Below, piece by piece: positions 62,298 through 64,000 of a DNA stretch of 64,000 nucleotides. Each line of letters starts with the position of its first letter. Positions within the stretch are counted from its first letter, which is position 1. The stretch is taken from NCBI GenBank assembly GCA_002269645.1, contig NIVC01001655.1:124001-188000 (forward strand), given 5' to 3'. A model generated the notes under the pieces. It ran no database searches and was not told the DNA's origin. It was given only the letters and a program-made list of their open reading frames with translations. A program made the translations under genes and the position numbers. Source of the DNA: Macrostomum lignano (lineage: Eukaryota).

Positions 62298-62342
62298 TGG
62301 AGTGAATGCGCCCACGACCTGAATAATCATTGCATGCAATAA
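60636..62342 (+). CDS. Possible highly acidic tandem-repeat protein (or terminal exon)
   Basis: Stop-free frame, first ATG at 60636, prevailing unit variants synonymous (TCG/TCA, ACT/ACA), AATAAA overlapping the stop. May be non-coding. Confidence 0.3.
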   Translation: MENRVTPEGPEKSEENRATPEGAEESEEMKNRATPEGPEESEEMENRATPEGPEESEEMENRATPEEAEESEEMKNRATPERPEEWVEMENRATPEGPEESEEMENRATPEGPEESEEMENRATPEGPEESEEMKNRATPEGPEESEEMKNRATPEGPEESEEMENRATPEGPEESEEMENRATPEEAEESEEMKNRATPEEAEESEEMKNRATPEGPEESEEMENRATPEEAEESEEMENRATPERPEEWVEMENRATPEGPEESEEMENRATPEGPEESEEMENRATPEGPEESEEMENRATPEGPEESEEMENRATPEGPEESEEMENRATPEGPEESEEMENRATPEGPEESEEMENRATPEGPEESEEMENRATPEGPEESEEMENRATPEGPEESEEMENRATSEGPEESEEMENRATPEGPEESEEMENRATPEGPEESEEMENRATPEGPEESEEMENRATPEGPEESEEMENRATPEGPEESEEMENRATPEGPEESEEMENRATPEGPEESEEMENRATPEGPEESEEMENRATPEGPEESEESWSECAHDLNNHCMQ

Positions 62343-62404
62343 AATAGACAATTTTCGTACTGAAAAATCCAGCTATACTACTCATCAGTTCAGTAATTAA
62401 AACA

Positions 62405-62995
62405 TCAGGCATTTCTGTTGGACTTTTTCTGCATCATCTTTAGCATCTGTGGAGGATAATTTATCTCGGATTTTAATCGCTGCTTTGCAGCTTCAGCAGC
62501 GGTGGCAGAACTGGCGGTGGAGGCGGTGGCAGTCGCGACAGAGACAGTTGATGTCGAAGCGGCGGAAGCTGTAGAAGCCGCGGCGGTGGCCAGTTGTGTA
62601 TCGCCCAATGCCGTACAAGTTGCGTCCAGAGTAGCCGAGAATTCGGCCTCATCGTGTCGCTGCCGGATCAGCTGCAGTTCGAGTTCGGCCACGCGCTGCT
62701 CCGAAGCCTCCAGCTGAGCGCGCAGCTGGGCAGTCTGCCTGCTGTACTCCAGCTTGGTGTTGCGCAGGCTGCAGCACTCCAGCTCGCGAGAGCGCAGAGC
62801 TTCCTGGCATTCGGCTAGGCGAGCTTCCAGCGTTACGCCGCGACCCTGCGCAGCCGCCGAGGCCTGCAGAAGCGACGATGCGGAAGATGCGGCGGGTGCG
62901 GCCGCGGAATTGAAGCCGCAGGTGCGCTCGAAGGTGCGAAGTACGCTGGCGCTCTGCAGCTTATTGGCGTTCTGGGATACTTCCAGCAGTTGCAC
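62405..62995 (-). CDS. Terminal exon of a coiled-coil protein (upstream exons unresolved)
   Basis: CAG|GTG acceptor at 62995; GC-rich heptad-like TLEARLAECQEALRSRELE...LRAQLEASEQRVAELELQL; stop at 62405. Confidence 0.55.
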   Translation of the reverse strand: MQLLEVSQNANKLQSASVLRTFERTCGFNSAAAPAASSASSLLQASAAAQGRGVTLEARLAECQEALRSRELECCSLRNTKLEYSRQTAQLRAQLEASEQRVAELELQLIRQRHDEAEFSATLDATCTALGDTQLATAAASTASAASTSTVSVATATASTASSATAAEAAKQRLKSEINYPPQMLKMMQKKSNRNA

Positions 62996-64000
62996 CTGTT
63001 CATGGGGGTAGGGATATCTTTATTGCCCTCGGACTTGGGACTAGCACTATGGATGTAAGACAGCAATTTAAGAAACATGTTTTGGTAATTAGAGGATAAT
63101 TCCTTGTGATTTAGGATTAGGGATAATCCTACTGTATAAAAGTTGGAAGGTCACTTTTTTACTATGTGACCGTTTGTGACCTTCATTTGACCCTTAGAGC
63201 AATTTATGAGGCTTAACTTGCAACATTCACCAAATGCTGAGCTGTTGATTATTTTTATTCCAGTATCACTTTCAGACCATAATTTTTTATTCTGGTGTGA
63301 AGTTGCACTATTTCACTATTAGTAAAGAAAAATGTAAAAAAAAACATTTCTAATGTCAAAGTTCGGCTTGACAAACTTTATGAACCCCATCTCTGGAAAT
63401 TTGTGATTTGTTATATGCTATAACGTCGACATCTTGAACTGCTGTACATGCTTGTACGTATCTTCAGTATTTAGGCGCGCAACTATGCAGCTTTGCCTAG
63501 TTGTATTTGAGCATCTGCAAGGCAGCAGAAAGCCGCGAAAAGCCGCTCTGCAATTTTGTGGCTTCTGGACCCGTCGACGTATTTCGCATATCCTCTGGCT
63601 TGTCAACCACCTCAAAATGGATTTTGCACAGACGGCATTATTTAACAACAATAATTTTTATTGCAATCTGACAGACACTATAATGCTTAGCAATATGAAG
63701 CCTGCCAAACGCGACAACCACTTGTGTGTCATGCCTATTTCACTGCTTTCTTGCAGGGCTTCGACACGTACAAGGAACTCCACTCTGTTATCTGCAACAG
63801 ATGTTAGTGGGTTGAATTTGTCTAATGGATTAACTTTTTCAACCTGCTGCAAAAAATGTGTAGTGACTGGCTGCTTACTGGCCATTCAGCACATTCACTA
63901 GCTTTCCTTAAGAGCTCTGTGTTCCGCTGCACAGCAGTTCAGTCCACCTGACCTAGAGAGAGACACCCTGTGCTGGGCCTAAGTGTTTACTGCCCGATGA

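Noticed and set aside
63418-63901. Upstream exons of the 62405-62995 coiled-coil gene
   Set aside because: Candidate ORFs exist, but I could not find a donor giving the required phase-0 join.

Overview
Eukaryotic (invertebrate animal) genomic DNA with spliceosomal GT-AG introns and GC-rich exons in AT-rich, tandem-repeat-dense intronic and intergenic sequence. The style resembles the free-living flatworm Macrostomum (inference only, not verified). I hand-built gene models by splice-phase matching: IQCA1/DRC11 (minus, 13 exons, 3' end outside the window); a RING/coiled-coil/beta-propeller protein; two intronless FkbM-like methyltransferase paralogues; a secreted PAN-like plus ALK/LTK-type glycine-rich protein with a 1-nt frameshift; a secreted EGF + uromodulin-D8C-like + mucin protein; a claudin/clarin-like tetraspan protein; a RING-less TRIM-NHL-like protein; a terminal coiled-coil exon; and a possible acidic 15-aa-repeat ORF. 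Mobile DNA: two tRNA-derived SINE families (one with a MIR/CORE-like core), a 5'-truncated RTE LINE and an I/Loa/R1-type LINE 3' end (both with 11-bp TSDs), Tc1/mariner and Harbinger-like MITEs, and two adjacent Tc1/IS630-like derivatives that retain only the HTH region. About 20 distinct mini/satellite arrays and a nested 2.77-kb macro-repeat are present. No CRISPR array, rRNA or true tRNA gene was seen. Most long ORFs in the supplied track are repeat artefacts.
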